A stretch of DNA of 64,000 nucleotides from Somniosus microcephalus (taxonomy: Eukaryota): NCBI GenBank assembly GCA_052327205.1, contig CM126212.1:238080001-238144000 (forward strand), in the 5' to 3' direction. The position numbers were made by a program, and so were the translations under genes. Under the pieces are notes generated by a model. It saw only the letters and a program-made list of their open reading frames with translations. It had not been told where the DNA came from and did no database searches. Of this stretch, positions 24,101-39,100 are shown one piece after another. Position 1 is the stretch's first letter, and each line of letters begins with the position of its first letter.

Positions 24101-27100
24101 CACCAGTAACTGTGTGATGGGAGAAATGGGTAAGAGGAGTAGAATTGGAAGCAATAAAAAGCTTCGGAAAAAGGTTTGAAATGTTAAACCTTGTTTTCAG
24201 GGAACCAAGAAACATTCTCAGGCGGTCCTGGAGAAGGAGGTGGAGAGCATAGGGGCTCACCTGAGTGCGTACACCTCTCGCGAGCAGACTGCCTACTACA
24301 TGAAGTTGTTGTCCAAGGATTTGCCAAAAGGTGCTGAACATTCCCACCATGTTCTTGGGGATAAATGGAATATTCCTGTGGTGTTTTTATCTGTAAACTG
24401 ATAGCTGGGATGTAGGATTTCTGTTTGTATAAACTCCATTTCCTTTGCCCACAAGCTTGTGTGATGTTGATCATGACCCTCACAGCACAGAAGGGGGCCA
24501 TTCGGCCCATCGTGCCTGTGCCTGCTCTGAACAAGCTCTCCAATTAGTCCCACTCCCCCTGCTCTTTCCCCATATGTGATTGCGTGCATCCTTTAGCATT
24601 TTAACAAATGCAGCATTTTTGCCTGGGATTCATCTGAAACGTACAGAATATAACTGGACAAATGAATCCTCAAATGCCACACCGGCGGGTAGTTGAAGGC
24701 TGCAATTCCTGATCTGTGCAGAGCTCGCTGAACTCAACGGGTGCACAGTACTGGCCTTGGCAACCCCCGGGTTAGGGAGGGGGGAAATCACCAATGTATA
24801 AATCTCAGCGAAAATGTTCGAGAGAATCGGGCTCAGATGTGCTTCATGGTTGAAGGGATGGGTGGCACTCACTGTTCTAAATTTACACTCGGGCATTCAT
24901 CATGGGTGGATGCTGGAGCGGCTCACTGATCCCGAGACAGGAAGAAGCTCTTGGTTGTCGTGGAAACCCTATCCTGCCGTGTGTCTACAGTGAGTGGAGA
25001 GGGGTAGGGTGAATGAGTGTCACTGGTTGTAGCAAAGAGATTAGCCACCTGTAAATGACCCGATCACACGCTGCCCCTGTTAAACTGGTCACACGCTGCT
25101 AGTTACTGCTCCTGTTAAACTGGTCACACGCTGCTAGTTACTGCTCCTGTTAAACTGGTCACACGCTGCTAGTTACTGCCCTGTTAAACTGGTCACATGC
25201 TGCTAGTTACTGCCCCTGTTAAACTGGTCACGCTGCTAGTTACTGCCCCGCTAAACTGGTCACATGCTGCTAGTTACTGTCTGTCACTGTTAACCTGGTC
25301 GCATGCTGCTAGTCAAACTAGTGCATTTCCCTTTTGCAGCCGTGGAAATCCTCGGTGACCTGCTACAGAACAGCTCGCTGTCAGATTCTGAGATAGAGCC
25401 TGGGCGAAGGCTGATCCTGCAGGAGATGCAAGAGATGGAGAGCAACCTGGAGGAGGTAGTGTTCGATTACCTTCACGCCACCGCCTTCCAGGGAACACCC
25501 CTTGGCTACACCGTGGTGGGGCCCACTGAGAACGTCAAGTGAGTGGTTAGGGTGCGAAGGAAGAACTTGCATTTATATAGCGCCTTTCATGACCGTAGGA
25601 TGTCCCAAAGCACTTCACAGTCACTTTTGCAGTTTAGTCATCGTTGCAAAGTAGGAAAGAAATGTAGGCAGCCAATATGCACACAGCAAGATCCCACCAA
25701 CCGGGGCGGGGGCGGGTGGTTTTATTTTGAGGGGTATTTGGGTAAACACCCCCTGGTTGTTTTGACGATGTCTACAAGTGTGAGGTGGATGCTGGAGCGC
25801 GGCTCAGTGTTCCCCCTCGATAGCTGCTGCAAGACACGCGACCCTCCCTCTGCCTCCACGGTCTCCTTGCTGGATAGCACTCGCTCCGATCTGTACCTGG
25901 TGCCAGCTTTTCTTTGGCGCGCTCTCCAGTTTTCTCCCCTGAAGGTGCTGACTAGCCCCACCCTCGCCCCGGCCGTTCTCCATGTGTGAGGCCAGGCGGT
26001 GAGTGTCAGTAGGCTAATTGACTGGAGGGCATCGCAGTCTGAGCCTGTCCTTGCCCGACACCCAGCCGCCTTCCAGCGAGGGTGAGGGGCGGGAGTCCCG
26101 CCTGACTGACCCTCCTTAACCCACGGAACTGAGGCCAATTGGAGCATCTCTGCTGACCCCGGGAGTGTCGGGATTCTGGTTCAGACGTCGTAATCCTGAG
26201 TTCAGATCACACTACGGCAATTTGTGAGCTTGAATTCAGCAACGTCAAAAACTCTGAATTTATATTGCGCCTGTAACGTAGAAAAGGCATCCCAAGGTGC
26301 TTCCCAGGATGTGTAATCAGGCAAAAGTCTGGTGCCACGGGCTGGAACCAGACAAAGACAATGAAGACTGTCATTGTTGTACAAACTCAATTGGTTACCG
26401 GATCTCCGCCAGGGTCAGCAGGCCCGGCCCGGCCTGGCCTGCACGTGGTCCTGACGGGGCCGAGCAAGCACTCCGATCCGGAATCGAACCTGGAGCTTCC
26501 CTGCTTTGTGTGGCTCGGCTATTCACTTGACCTTGGGAAAATGCTTGCTGCACTATTGATGAAGGATGTGGGCAGCTCCCTGTGTGGTGAGGTCTGTTTT
26601 AGTGTTCATGTTGTTACGGTTGGTTTTAACTCTGGCCACTGCTGAATTTGTTCCAACATTTGCATTGCAATAAAATCCCCTGATCAGGTGCAGAGGGAAA
26701 GGCTGAATCCTGCTTCGTCAGCTAATTTCACCCCACACACTTGTGGCCTATAGGCACAAACCTCCCAGCCTCCCGGTGCCAGTAACGCAATCTTTTTACC
26801 AAATTGAGGTTCTAGTGTTAGCAACCTGCCTTTAACGATTCTGGTAAACATCAGTATGATTTCTTTTGATGAATGCATTGTTTTCTTTCTGCTGTTAAGG
26901 TCTCTGAATCGCAGCAATCTTGTAGAGTTCATGACCAATCATTATAAGGCTCCCCGAATCGTCGTGGCTGCATCAGGAGGTGAGAAATGATCAACTTCGG
27001 CCTCAGCTGGTGTATTGTGGCTAATTCTGGGCACCACACTTTGGGAAGGATGTCAAGGCCTTGAAGAGGGTGCAGAGGAGATTTACCAGGATGGTTCCAG

Positions 27101-30100
27101 GGATGAGTGATGTGGAGAGACTGGAGAAGCTGGGATTGTTCTCCTTAGAGCAGAGAAGGTTAAGGGGAGATTTAATTGAGGTGTTCAAAATTATGAGGGG
27201 TTTTGATAGAGTAAATAAGGAGAAACTGTTTCCAGTGGCAGGAGGGTCGGTAACCAGAGGACACAGATTGAAGGTAATTGGCAAAAGAACCAGAGGGGAG
27301 ATGAGGAGAATGTTTTTACGCAGCGAGTTGTTGTGATCTGGAACGCGCTGCCTGAAAGGGCGGTGGAAGCAGATTCAATAGTAACTTTCAAAAGGGAATT
27401 GGATAAATACTGGAAGGGAAAAAATTCACAGGGCTGTGGGGAAAGAGCAGGGAGAGTGGGACTAATTGGAGAGCTCTTTCTGTGCTGTATCATTCTATAA
27501 TTACAGTGTAATGTGGGGTAACGGCGGTGTCTTGGGGTAACGCTCTGCTTTCCCCCTCAGGTATTCAACATGACGAGGTGGTGGGCTTGGCTCGCCAGCA
27601 CTTTGGGGGAGTCCCCTTCAAGTACGAGAAAGATGCAATCCCAGTGCTGGCCCCGTGCCGCTTCACAGGAAGTCAGGTCAGTATCGGCCATCGCTGTGTC
27701 AATAACGGGTCAATCTACCCTTCCACCATTTCTCCTGCCTGGTGTGGGGCTGAGCCATACAAAATAGCAAGATCCCAGGTTCCATCCCCACACTCGGTCG
27801 CATTAGCTGATGTAAGCAGGGGCAACAGTTGGGACGTTACATTTGACCTCTGCCCCTGGCCGAGGGAAAGACCAGCCAGTGAGAGAGATGGACCTATGCG
27901 ATCAGACAGCAGATAAGGCGGAAGCCCTGTTAATGGGGGTGAGATCCCTGGGGAAGTGGTGAAGAAGGTAGCTATGTGTGTCCGCTATGGACTCCCCAGT
28001 CCGGAGAGGGGATTGGACCCAGAACCTTGTAATAAGAGAAGGGAAACGTGCACAGGATCAAGTGTGGGGAGGGTGAGGAGCCCGCGATTGGTTACTGTGG
28101 GGAGGGTGAGGAGCTGGGATTGGTTACTGTGGGGAGGGTGAGTCTATGGATGTTATTTATATGGACTTCCAGAAGGCATTTGATAAAGTCCCACATAAGT
28201 GACTGTTAACTAAGGTAGAAGCCCACGGAATTGAGGGCTGGAATACAAGGGGGTAGAAGTTATGCTGCAGCTGTACAAAACGCTGGTCAGACCACACCTG
28301 GAGCACTGTGAGCAGTTCTGGGCACCGCACCTTAGGAAGTGTGGTGCCCAGAGGCCTTGGAGGGAGTGCAGCGTAGGTCTACCAGAATGATACCCGGACT
28401 TCAAGGATTAAGTTACAAGGAGAGATTACACAAATAGGGTTGTATTCCCTAGAATTTAGATTGTTAAGGGGTGATCTGATCGAAGTTTTCAAGATATTAA
28501 GGGCAACAGATAGGGTAGATAGAAATTATATTCACTGGTTGGGGATTCTAGGACTAGGGGACATAGTCTAAAAATTAGAGCCAGACCTTTTAGGGGTGAA
28601 ATTAGGAAACACTTCTACACACACAGGGTGGTAATTGACGCTAGATCAAATAATTTTAAATCGGAGATTGATAGCTTTTTGTTAACTAAAGATATTAAGG
28701 GATATGGGGCAATGGTGGGTATATGGAGTTAGGTAGCAGATCAGCCATGATCTCTTTGAATGGCCGAACAGGCTCGAGGGGCTGAATGGCCGAACAGACT
28801 CGAGGGGCTGAATGGCCGAACAGGCTCGAGGGGCTGAATGGCCGAACAGGCTTGAGGGGCCGAATGGCAGAACAGGCTCGAGGGACTGAAAGGCCTCCTC
28901 CTGTTCCTGTGTAACAGGCTCGAGGGGCTGAACGGCCTCCTCCTGTTCCTGTGTAACAGGCTCGAGGGGCTGAATGGCCTCCTCCTGTTCCTGTGTAACA
29001 GGCTCGAGGGGCTGAATGGCCTCCTCCTGTTCCTGTGTAACAGGCTCGAGGGGCTGAATGGCCTCCTCCTGTTCCTGTGTAACAGGCTCGAGGGACTGAA
29101 TGGGCCTCCTCCTGTTCCTGTGTAACAGGCTCGAGGGGCTGAATGGCCGCCTCCTGTTCCTGTGTAACAGGCTCGAGGGGCTGAATGGCCTCCTCCTGTT
29201 CCTGTGTAACAGGCTCGAGGGGCTGAATGGCCTCCTCCTGTTCCTGTGTAACAGGCTCGAGGGGCTGAATGGCCTCCTACTGTTCCTATGTTGCATGAGG
29301 TTGAACACTTCCTTTGCTTGGTTTCAGATTCTAGTGCGGGATGATGCTATGCCGTTAGCGCACATTGCGATCGCTGTGGAAGGAGTTGGATCGACCAGTC
29401 CTGACGTGGTGCCTCTCTCAATTGCCAGCACACTCATCGGAAACTGGGACCGCACGTACGGGGGTGGGGCGGTGAGTAGCTGTGTGAAACGAGTGAGTGG
29501 GAACCTCTGGTTTGTTCCTGGAACCCAGCCAAGCTGACAGGTGGAGGGACTTGGTGAAAGCCACACACAGCCCCTCATCCTATGAACGGTCTTTCATTCC
29601 ACAAACAACGTGTGGTCATCAACTGATGGGCGATCACGGCTGCTCCTCACAGCTGCGTATTCTCTGACTTGTGGAAAGTGAAGCAACGCCTCCAATTTAA
29701 AATTCTCATCCTTGTTTTCAAATCCCTCCATGGCCCTCGCCCCTCCCTACCTCTGTAACCTCCTCCAGCCCCACAACCCTCGGATCTCTGCGCTCCTCCA
29801 ATACTGGCCTCTTGTGAATCCCCGATTTTTACCACTCCGCCATCAGCAGCTGTGCCTTCAGCTGTCTGGGCCCCAAGCGTCGGAATTCTCTCCTCCTTTA
29901 AGATGCTCCTTGAAACCTACCTCTTCGACCAAGCTTTTGGTCACCTGCCTTAATATCTCTGTGGCTCTGTAAAATTTTGTTTGATAATCGCTGCTGTGAT
30001 GCGTCTTCAGACGTTTAACTACATTAAAGGCAATATATAAATATAAGTTGTTGTAAAGGGGCGATTGGGTGAGGGGAATGGTGAGGGTAAGGCGCCTGGG

Positions 30101-33100
30101 GATGGTGGGGGTGAGGGGGATGTTGTTGAAGAGTTTGGGACAGTTTGTAACGTTCCTGATGGAAGTTTGGAATAGACTCAGTTATTTGATACCTTAAGCA
30201 GTCAGGCTCCAGGGCAGGTGGATGATTGGCCAGCCAGCCAGCCTCATTAATGGAACCTGAGTGGAACTCTGTATCTAACCCGTGCTGTACCTGCCCTGGG
30301 AGTGTTTGATGGGACAGTGTAGAGGGAGCTTTACTCTGTATCTAACCCGTGCTGTACCTGCCCTGGGAGTGTTTGATGGGACGGTGTAGAAGATAAATAG
30401 TTACACCTCCATTTTCCTCTCTGCAGAATCAGTCGAGTCGCCTGGCCCAGATTTCAGCTGAGAATAAGCTGGGACACAGTTTTCAGTCCTTCAACACGTG
30501 TTACTCGGACACGGGGCTCTGGGGGATTCACCTGGTGTGTGATGGACAGAACATTGAGGACATGCTGCACTTTGCACAGGGAGAGTGGTGAGTATCCTGG
30601 TGCTGGGATGTCTGGACCCGCCAGTCTGTAACTGTTAATGGCAATCTGCTGATGACTCAAATTGCCACAAAAATTTAAATGATCCAAAAGTTCAAATTAA
30701 ACAACATAAATAACGGGAATTTAGTGCAAAGAACTGAAATGATCGAATACGGTCTACTCCTCGTAATATGTGAAATTTATTCCTGTTACACTAACTTGGA
30801 GAACCTGCGTTTATCCAGCGGGTCACTGAGCAACCCAGACCAGGGCAGTCGGCTTCATGGAGTCAGTGTTTGCTGATCTCGCTGGGCGGGTTGGGGAGTT
30901 CGTGGAGTCAGTGTTTGCTGATCTCGCTGGGTGGGTTGGGGAGTTCGTGGAGTCGCAGTGTTTGCTGATCTCGCTGGGCGGGTTGGGGAGCTCGTGGAGT
31001 CGCTGTGTTTGCTGATCTCGCTGGGCGAGTTGGGGAGTTCGTGGAGCCGCCGTGTTTGCTGATCTCGCTGGGCGGGTTGGGGAGTTCGTGGAGCCGCCGT
31101 GTTTGCTGATCTCACTGGGCGGGTTGGGGAGTTCGTGGAGCCGGTGTTTGCTGATCTCACTGGGCGGGTTGGGGAGTTCGTGGCGTCGCAGTGTTTGCTG
31201 ATCTCGCTGGGCGGGTTGGGGAGTTCGTGGAGTCTGTGTTTGCTGATCTCGCTGGGCGGGTTGGGGAGTTCGTGGAGCCAGTGTTTGCTGATTTCGCTGG
31301 GCGGGTTGGGGAGTTCGTGGAGTCGCCGTGTTTGCTGATCTTGCTGGGTGGGTTGGGGAGTTCGTGGAGTCAGTGTTTGCTGATCTCGCTGGGTGGGTTG
31401 GGGAGTTCGTGGAGTCGCAGTGTTTGCTGATCTCGCTGGGCGGGTTGGGGAGTTCGTGGAGTCAGTGTTTGCTGATCTCGCTGGGCGAGTTGGGGAGTTC
31501 GTGGAGTCGCAGTGTTTGCTGATCTCGCTGGGCGGGTTGGGGAGTTCGTGGAGTCGCAGTGTTTGCTGATCTCGCTGGGCGGGTTGGGGAGTTCGTGGAG
31601 TCAGTGTTTGCTGATCTCGCTGGGCGAGTTGGGGAGTTCGTGGAGTCGCAGTGTTTGCTGATCTCGCTGGGCGGGTTGGGGAGTTCGTGGAGTCAGTGTT
31701 TGCTGATCTCGCTGGGCGAGTTGAGGAGTTCGTGGAGTCAATGTTTGCTGATCTCGCTGGGCGGGTTGGGGAGTTCGTGGAGCCGCCGTGTTTGCTGATC
31801 TCGCTGGGCGGGTTGGGGAGTTCGTGGAGCCGCCGTGTTTGCTGATCTCGCTGGGCGGGTTGGGGAGTTCGTGGAGCCGCCGTGTTTGCTGATCTCGCTG
31901 GGCGGGCTGGGGAGTTCGTGGAGCCGCCGTGTTTGCTCATCTCGCTGGGCGGGTTGGGGAGTTCGTGGAGTCGCAGTGTTTGCTGATCTCGCTGGGCGGG
32001 TTGGGGAGTTCGTGGAGTCAGTGTTTGCTGATCTCGCTGGGCGAGTTGGGGAGTTCGTGGAGCCAGTGTTTGCTGATCTCGCTGGGCGGGTTGGGGAGTT
32101 CGTGGAGTCAGTGTTTGCTGATCTCGCTGGGCGGGTTGGGGAGTTCGTGGAGCCGCCGTGTTTGCTGATCTCGCTGGGCGGGTTGGGGAGTTCGTGGAGT
32201 CAGTGTTTGCTGATCTCGCTGGGCGAGTTGGGGAGTTCGTGGAGTCAGTGTTTGCTGATCTCGCTGGGCGGGTTGGGGAGTTCGTGGAGCCGCCGTGTTT
32301 GCTGATCTCGCTGGGCGGGTTGGGGAGTTCGTGGAGCCGCCGTGTTTGCTGATCTCGCTGGGCGGGCTGGGGAGTTCGTGGAGCCGCCGTGTTTGCTCAT
32401 CTCGCTGGGCGGGTTGGGGAGTTCGTGGAGCCGCCGTGTTTGCTGATCTCGCTGGGCGGGCTCTGGCCGTTTTGCAATTAGCAGGAGAAGCAGCCAAGGT
32501 TCTCTCCTGATCACTGAGCACTCGCCTCTGCTGGGAAGTGTTAAGGTCAGGCTCAGTCCCATCCCCTCCTTGCCACCCCCTCCCTTCCCATCCCCCTTCT
32601 CTCCACGCCCCTCACCACGGGGAGCGAGGGGTGGTGGGGGAATTTCATCTTTTCCTGTTTCCGTTCCGTAGAATTTGACTGTTGCACATTTGTGTTTGTG
32701 TTCAGGATGCGACTTTGCACAAGTGTGACAGAGAGCGAGGTGACCAGAGCCAAGAACATCCTGAAGACCCACCTGGTCGCCCAGCTGGATGGTAAGATGG
32801 AAATGCAGGGTGCAGGAGGAGGTCATTCAGCCCCTTGAGCCTGTTCTGCCATTCAACGAGATCACGACTGATCTGTATCTTAACTCCGACCTTCATTTAC
32901 TCCGTATCCCTCGATCCCCTCACCCAACAAAAATCTCAGCCTCGAAAGCTCCGATTGACCCTCAGCATCCACAGCTTTCTGGGGAGAGAGTTCCAGATTC
33001 CCACCACCCTTTGTGTGAAGAAGTGCTTCCTGACATCACCCCTGAACGGCCTGGCTCTAATTTTAAGGTTCTGCCCCCTTGTTCTGGACTCCCCCCCACC

Positions 33101-36100
33101 AGAGGGAGTAGTTTCTCTCTATCCACCCGATCAAATCCTTTTAACCACCTCAATTAAATCACCTCTTACATTTTTAAACTCCAGGGAATACAAGCCTCAT
33201 CTGTAACCTGCCCTCATAATTTAACCCTTTTAGCCCCGGTATCATTCTGGTGAATCTGCGCTGCACCCCTGCCAAGGCCAATATATTCTTCCCGAGGTCC
33301 ATACGAGGTTGTGTTGTATGAGGCTTGGGAATCTTCCCCCTCAACACCCCTTTAAAAGGGAGTTGCCGGGAATTCTGATTATTTCTATGACATATTTTGA
33401 ATGCTGAACTCACCCTCCTCCCCCCTGCCCCCCCAGCCCACGGAATGGTCCCTGTTCGGTGGGCCTGAGAACATAAGATCTAGGAGCAGGAGTCGGCCAT
33501 TCGGCCCCTCGGGCCTGCTCCGCCATTCAATAAGATCATGGCTGATCTGATCTTGGCCTCAACTCCACTTCCCTGCCCGCTCCCCATAACCCTCGACTCC
33601 CTTATCGTTCAAAAATCTGTCTATCTCCACCTTAAATATATTCAGTGACTCCGCCTCCACAGCTCTCTGGGGAAGAGAATTCCAAAGATTCACCACCCTC
33701 AGAGAAGAAATTCCTCCTCATTTCCGTTTTAAATGGGTGACCCCTTATTCTGAAACTATGCCCCCTAGTTCTAGATTCCCCCACGAGGGGAAACATCCTC
33801 TCAGCATCCACCCTGTCAAGCCCCCTCAGAATCTTATATGTTTCAATAAGATCACCTCTCATTCTTCTAAACTCCAATGAGTATCGGCCCAACCTGCTCA
33901 ACCTTTCCTCATAAGACAACCCTTCCATCCCAGGAATCAACCTCGTGAACCTTCTCTGAACTGCCTCCAATGCAAGTATATCCTTCCTTAAATAAGGAGA
34001 CTAAAACTGTACGCAGTACTCCAGGTGTGGTCTCACCAACACCCTGTACAGTTGTAACAGGACTTCCCTACTTTTACATTCCATTCCCTTTGCAATAAAG
34101 GCCAACACTCCATTTGCCTTCCTAATTACTTGCTGTACCTACATGCTAACTTTTTGTGATTCATGTACGAGGACCCCCAGATCACTCTGTACCGCAGCAT
34201 TTTGTAATCTCTCCCCATTTAAATAATTTGCTTTTTTATTTTTCCTAACAAAGTGGATGACCTCACATTTTCCCACATTAAACTCTATCTGCCAGATTTT
34301 TGTCCACTCACTGAACCTGTCTATATCCCTTCGGAGATTCTTTGTGTCCTCCTCACAATTTGCTTTCCCACCTATCTTTGTATCAGCAGCAAATTTGGCT
34401 ACATTACACTCGGTCCCTTCATCCAAGTCATTAATATAGATTGTAGTTGAGGCCCCAGCACTGAACCCTTCGGCACCCCACTAGTTACCGTTTGCCAACC
34501 TGAAAATGACCCATTTATCCCGACTCTCTGTTTTCTGTTAGTTAGCCAATCCTCTATCCATGCGAATATATTACCCCCAACCCTGTGAGCTCTTATCTTG
34601 TGTAGTAACCTTTTATGTGGCACCTTATCGAATGCCTTCTGGAAATCCAAATACACGACATCTACTGGTTCCCCTTTATCCACCCTGCTCGTTACACCCT
34701 CAAAGAACTCTAGTAAATTTGTCAAACATGATTTCCCTCTCATAAAACCATGCTGACTCTGCTTGACTATATTAGGATTTTCTAAATGTCCTGCTACCAC
34801 TTCCTTAATGATGGACTCCAGCATTTTCCCAATGACAGATGTTAGCCTAACTGGTCGATAGTTGCCTGCTTTCTGTCTCCCTCCTTTCTTAAATAGGGGC
34901 GTTACATTTGCGGTTTTCCAATCCACTGGGACCTCTCCAGAATCCAGGGAATTTTGGAAGATTACAACCAATGCATCCACTATCTCTGCAGCCACCTCTA
35001 TTAAGACCCTAGGATGCAGGCCATCTGGTCCAGGGGACTTGTCCACCTTTAGTCCCATTACTTTACCTAGTACTTTCTCTCTAGTGATAGTGATTATTTT
35101 AAGCCACCCCCCCCTCCCTCCCCCCCCCCCCCCCAATAGCCCCTTGATTATCCATTATTGGGATACTTTTAGTGTCTTCTACCGTGGAGACCGATACAAA
35201 ATATTTGTTCAAAGTCTCTGCCATTTCCCTGTTTCTAATATTAATTCCCAGACTCATCCTCTAGGGGACCAATGTTTACTTTAGCTACTCTCTTCCTTTT
35301 TGTAGACCTGTGGAAGCTCTTACTGTCTGTTTTTATATTTCTTGCTAGCCTACTCTCATAAGCTATCTTACCTCTCTTTATCATTTTTTTAGTCGTCCTT
35401 TGCTGGTTTTTAAAAATTTCCCAATCCTCTGACCTTCCAATATTCTTCGCAACACTGTATGCCTTTGTTTTCCATTTGATACCATCCTTTACTTCCTTAG
35501 TTAGCCACGGATGGTTCATCCTTCTCTTAGAGTCTTTCTTTCTCTGGAATATATCTTTGCTGAGACGTGCTGTGTGCGTTTACCAGTCCGTGCTGCGCTC
35601 CACAGGGGCACTGATTGGGGCACAGCAATTGACTTAAGTGCCCCGGGGTTATAGAGAGGAGGTTCAGACAGGGTTCCTGCTCCTGATTGGCTGGCAGGGT
35701 GCATTGAACAGGATTGGGCCCCACGGTTTAATAGCCGGCCCACTGACACTCACTGTCCAGGCTAATATGTTGCAAATAGCCAGTTGGACCGGGTATAAGA
35801 AAGCAGCTAGTGCCCACAGACTGCACCCGAATAACAGTACCAGAGGGCAGTGCCCACATACTGTACCCCAATAACAGTACCAGAGGGCAGTGCCCACAGA
35901 CTGCACCCCAATAACAGTACCAGAGGGCAGTGCCCACATACTGTACCCCAATAACAGTACCAGAGGGCAGTGCCCACAGACTGTACCCCAATAACAGTAC
36001 CAGAGGGCAGTGCCCACAGACTGTACCCCAATAACAGTACCAGAGGGCAGTGCCCACAGACTGTACCCCAATAACAGTACCAGAGGGCAGTGCCCACAGA

Positions 36101-39100
36101 CTGTACCCCAATAACAGTACCAGAGGGCAGTGCCCACATACTGTACCCCAATAACAGTACCAGAGGGCAGAGCAAAATCAAAGGATATGGCAGCACACAC
36201 AGACCCGTACCCCAGGGAGATTGGGAGAGAAGGAAAGTGTCGAATGCTGTGGCTGGGCTGGAGCTCACTGACGTACACATTTATTCACAGGCACCACACC
36301 AACCTGTGCGGACATCGGGCGCCAGGTCCTCAGTTACGGCCGGCGAATCTCATTGGCTGAGTGGAACGCCACGATTGATGTACGTATTGATTTCTGAATG
36401 ATGATCTCCGTCATTGTGTAACCAGCTTGTTCACGCGTCTAAAGACTCACCCGATCCGAGCCGGCTTGAAGGATGTCTGCTGAAGACAAAGCTGTGATGT
36501 CCGATAATCGAATGCAGGAACTGTACCCCAGTGAGAGTCAGTGTCTGTGGAACTGTACCCCAGTGAGAGTCAGTGTCTGTGGAACTGTACCCCAGTGAGA
36601 GTCAGTGTCTGTGGAACTGTACCCCAGTGAGAGTCAGTGTCTGTGGAACTGTACCCCAGTGAGAGTCAGTGTCTGTGGAACTGTACCCCAGTGAGAGTCA
36701 GTGTCTGTGGAACTGTACCCCAGTGAGAGTCAGTGTCTGTGGAACTGTACCCCAGTGAGAATCAGTGTCTGTGGAACTGTACCCCAGTGAGAGTCAGTGT
36801 CTGTGGAACTGTACCCCAGTGAGAGTCAGTGTCTGTGGAACTGTACCCCAGTGAGAGTCAGTGTCTGTGGAACCGTACCCCAGTGAGAGTCAGTGTCTGT
36901 GGAACTGTACCCGAGTGAGAGTCAGTGCATGTGGAACTGTACCCCAGTGAGAGTCAGTGTCTGTGGAACTGTACCCCAGTGAGAGTCAGTGTCTGTGGAA
37001 CCGTACCCCAGTGAGAGCCAGTGTCTGTGGAACTGTACCCAAGTGAGAGTCAGTGTCTGTGGACCTGTACCCCAGTGAGAGTCAGTGTCTGTGGAACTGT
37101 ACCCCAGTGAGAGTCAGTGTCTGTGGAACTGTACCCCAGTGAGAGTCAGTGTCTGTGGAACCGTACCCCAGTGAGAGCCAGTGTCTGTGGAACTGTACCC
37201 AAGTGAGAGTCAGTGTCTGTGGAACTGTACCCCAGTGAGAGTCAGTGTCTGTGGAACTGTACCCCAGTGAGAGTCAGTGCCTGTGGAACTGTACCCCAGT
37301 GAGAGTCTGTGGAACTGCACCCCAGTGAGAGTCAGTGTCTGTGGAACTGTAGCCCAGTGAGAGTCAGTGTCTGTGGAACTGTACCCCAGTGAGAGTCAGT
37401 GCCTGTGGAACTGCACCCCAGTGAGAGTCAGTGTCTGTGGAACTGTACCCCAGTGAGAGTCAGTGTCTGTGGAACTGTACCCCAGTGAGTATCAGTGTCT
37501 GTGGAACTGTACCCCAGTGAGAGTCAGTGTCTGTGGAACTGTACCCCAGTGAGAGTCAGTGTCTGTGGAACTGTACCCCAGTGAGAGTCAGTGTCTGTGG
37601 AACTGTACCCCAGTGAGAGTCAGTGTCTGTGGAACTGTACCCCAGTGAGAGTCAGTGTCTGTGGAACTGTACCCCAGTGAGAGTCAGTGTCTGTGGAACT
37701 GTACCCCAGTGAGAGTCAGTGTCTGTGGAACTGTACCCCAGTGAGAGTCAGTGCCTGTGGAACTGTACCCCAGTGAGAGTCAGTGTCTGTGGAACTGTAC
37801 CCCAGTGAGAGTCAGTGTCTGTGGAACTGTACCCCAGTGAGAGTCAGTGCCTGTGGAACTGTACCCGAGTGAGAGTCAGTGCATGTGGAACTGTACCCCA
37901 TTGAGAGTCAGTGTCTGTGGAACCGTACCCCAGTGAGAGCCAGTGTCTGTGGAACTGTACCCAAGTGAGAGTCAGTGTCTGTGGAACTGTACCCCAGTGA
38001 GAGTCAGTGTCTGTGGAACTGTACCCCAGTGAGAGTCAGTGTCTGTGGAATTGTACCCCAGTGAGAGTCAGTGCCTGTGGAACTGTACCCCAGTGAGAGT
38101 CAGTGTCTGTGGAACTGTACCCCAGTGAGAGTCAGTGTCTGTGGAACTGTACCCCAGTGTGAGTCAGTGCCTGTGGAACTGTACCCCAGTGAGGGTCAGT
38201 GTCTGTGGAACTGTAGCCCAGTGAGAGTCAGTGTCTGTGGAACTGTACCCCAGTGAGAGTCAGTGCCTGTGGAACTGTACCCCAGTGAGGGTCAGTGTCT
38301 GTGGAACTGTACCCCAGTGAGAGTCAGTGTCTGTGGAACTGTACCCCAGTGAGAGTCAGTGTCAGTGGAACCGTACCCCAGTGAGAGCCAGTGTCTGTGG
38401 AACTGTACCCAAGTGAGAGTCAGTGTCTGTGGAACTGTACCCCAGTGAGAGTCAGTGTCTGTGGAACTGTACCCCAGTGAGAGTCAGTGTCTGTGGAATT
38501 GTACCCCAGTGAGAGTCAGTGTCTGTGGAACTGTACCCCAGTGAGAGTCAGTGCCTGTGGAACTGTACCCCAGTGAGGGTCAGTGTCTGTGGAACTGTAC
38601 CCCAGTGAGAGTCAGTGTCTGTGGAACTGTACCCCAGTGAGAGTCAGTGCCTGTGGAACTGTACCCCAGTGAGAGTCTGTGGAACTGCACCCCAGTGAGA
38701 GTCAGTGTCTGTGGAACTGTACCCCAGTGAGAGTCAGTGTCTGTGGAACTGTACCCCAGTGAGAGTCAGTGCCTGTGGAACTGTACCCCAGTGAGAGTCA
38801 GTGCCTGTGGAACTGTACCCCAGTGAGAGTCAGTGCCTGTGGAACTGTACCCCAGTGAGAGTCAGTGCCTGTGGAACTGTACCCCAGTGAGAGTCAGTGT
38901 CTGTGGAACTGTACCCCAGTGAGAGTCAGTGTCTGTGGAACTGTACCCCAGTGAGAGTCAGTGTCTGTGGAACTGTACCCCAGTGAGAGTCAGTGTCTGT
39001 GGAACTGTACCCCAGTGAGAGTCAGTGTCTGTGGAACTGTACCCCAGTGAGAGTCAGTGTATGTGGAACTGTACCCCAGTGAGAGTCAGTGTCTGTGGAA

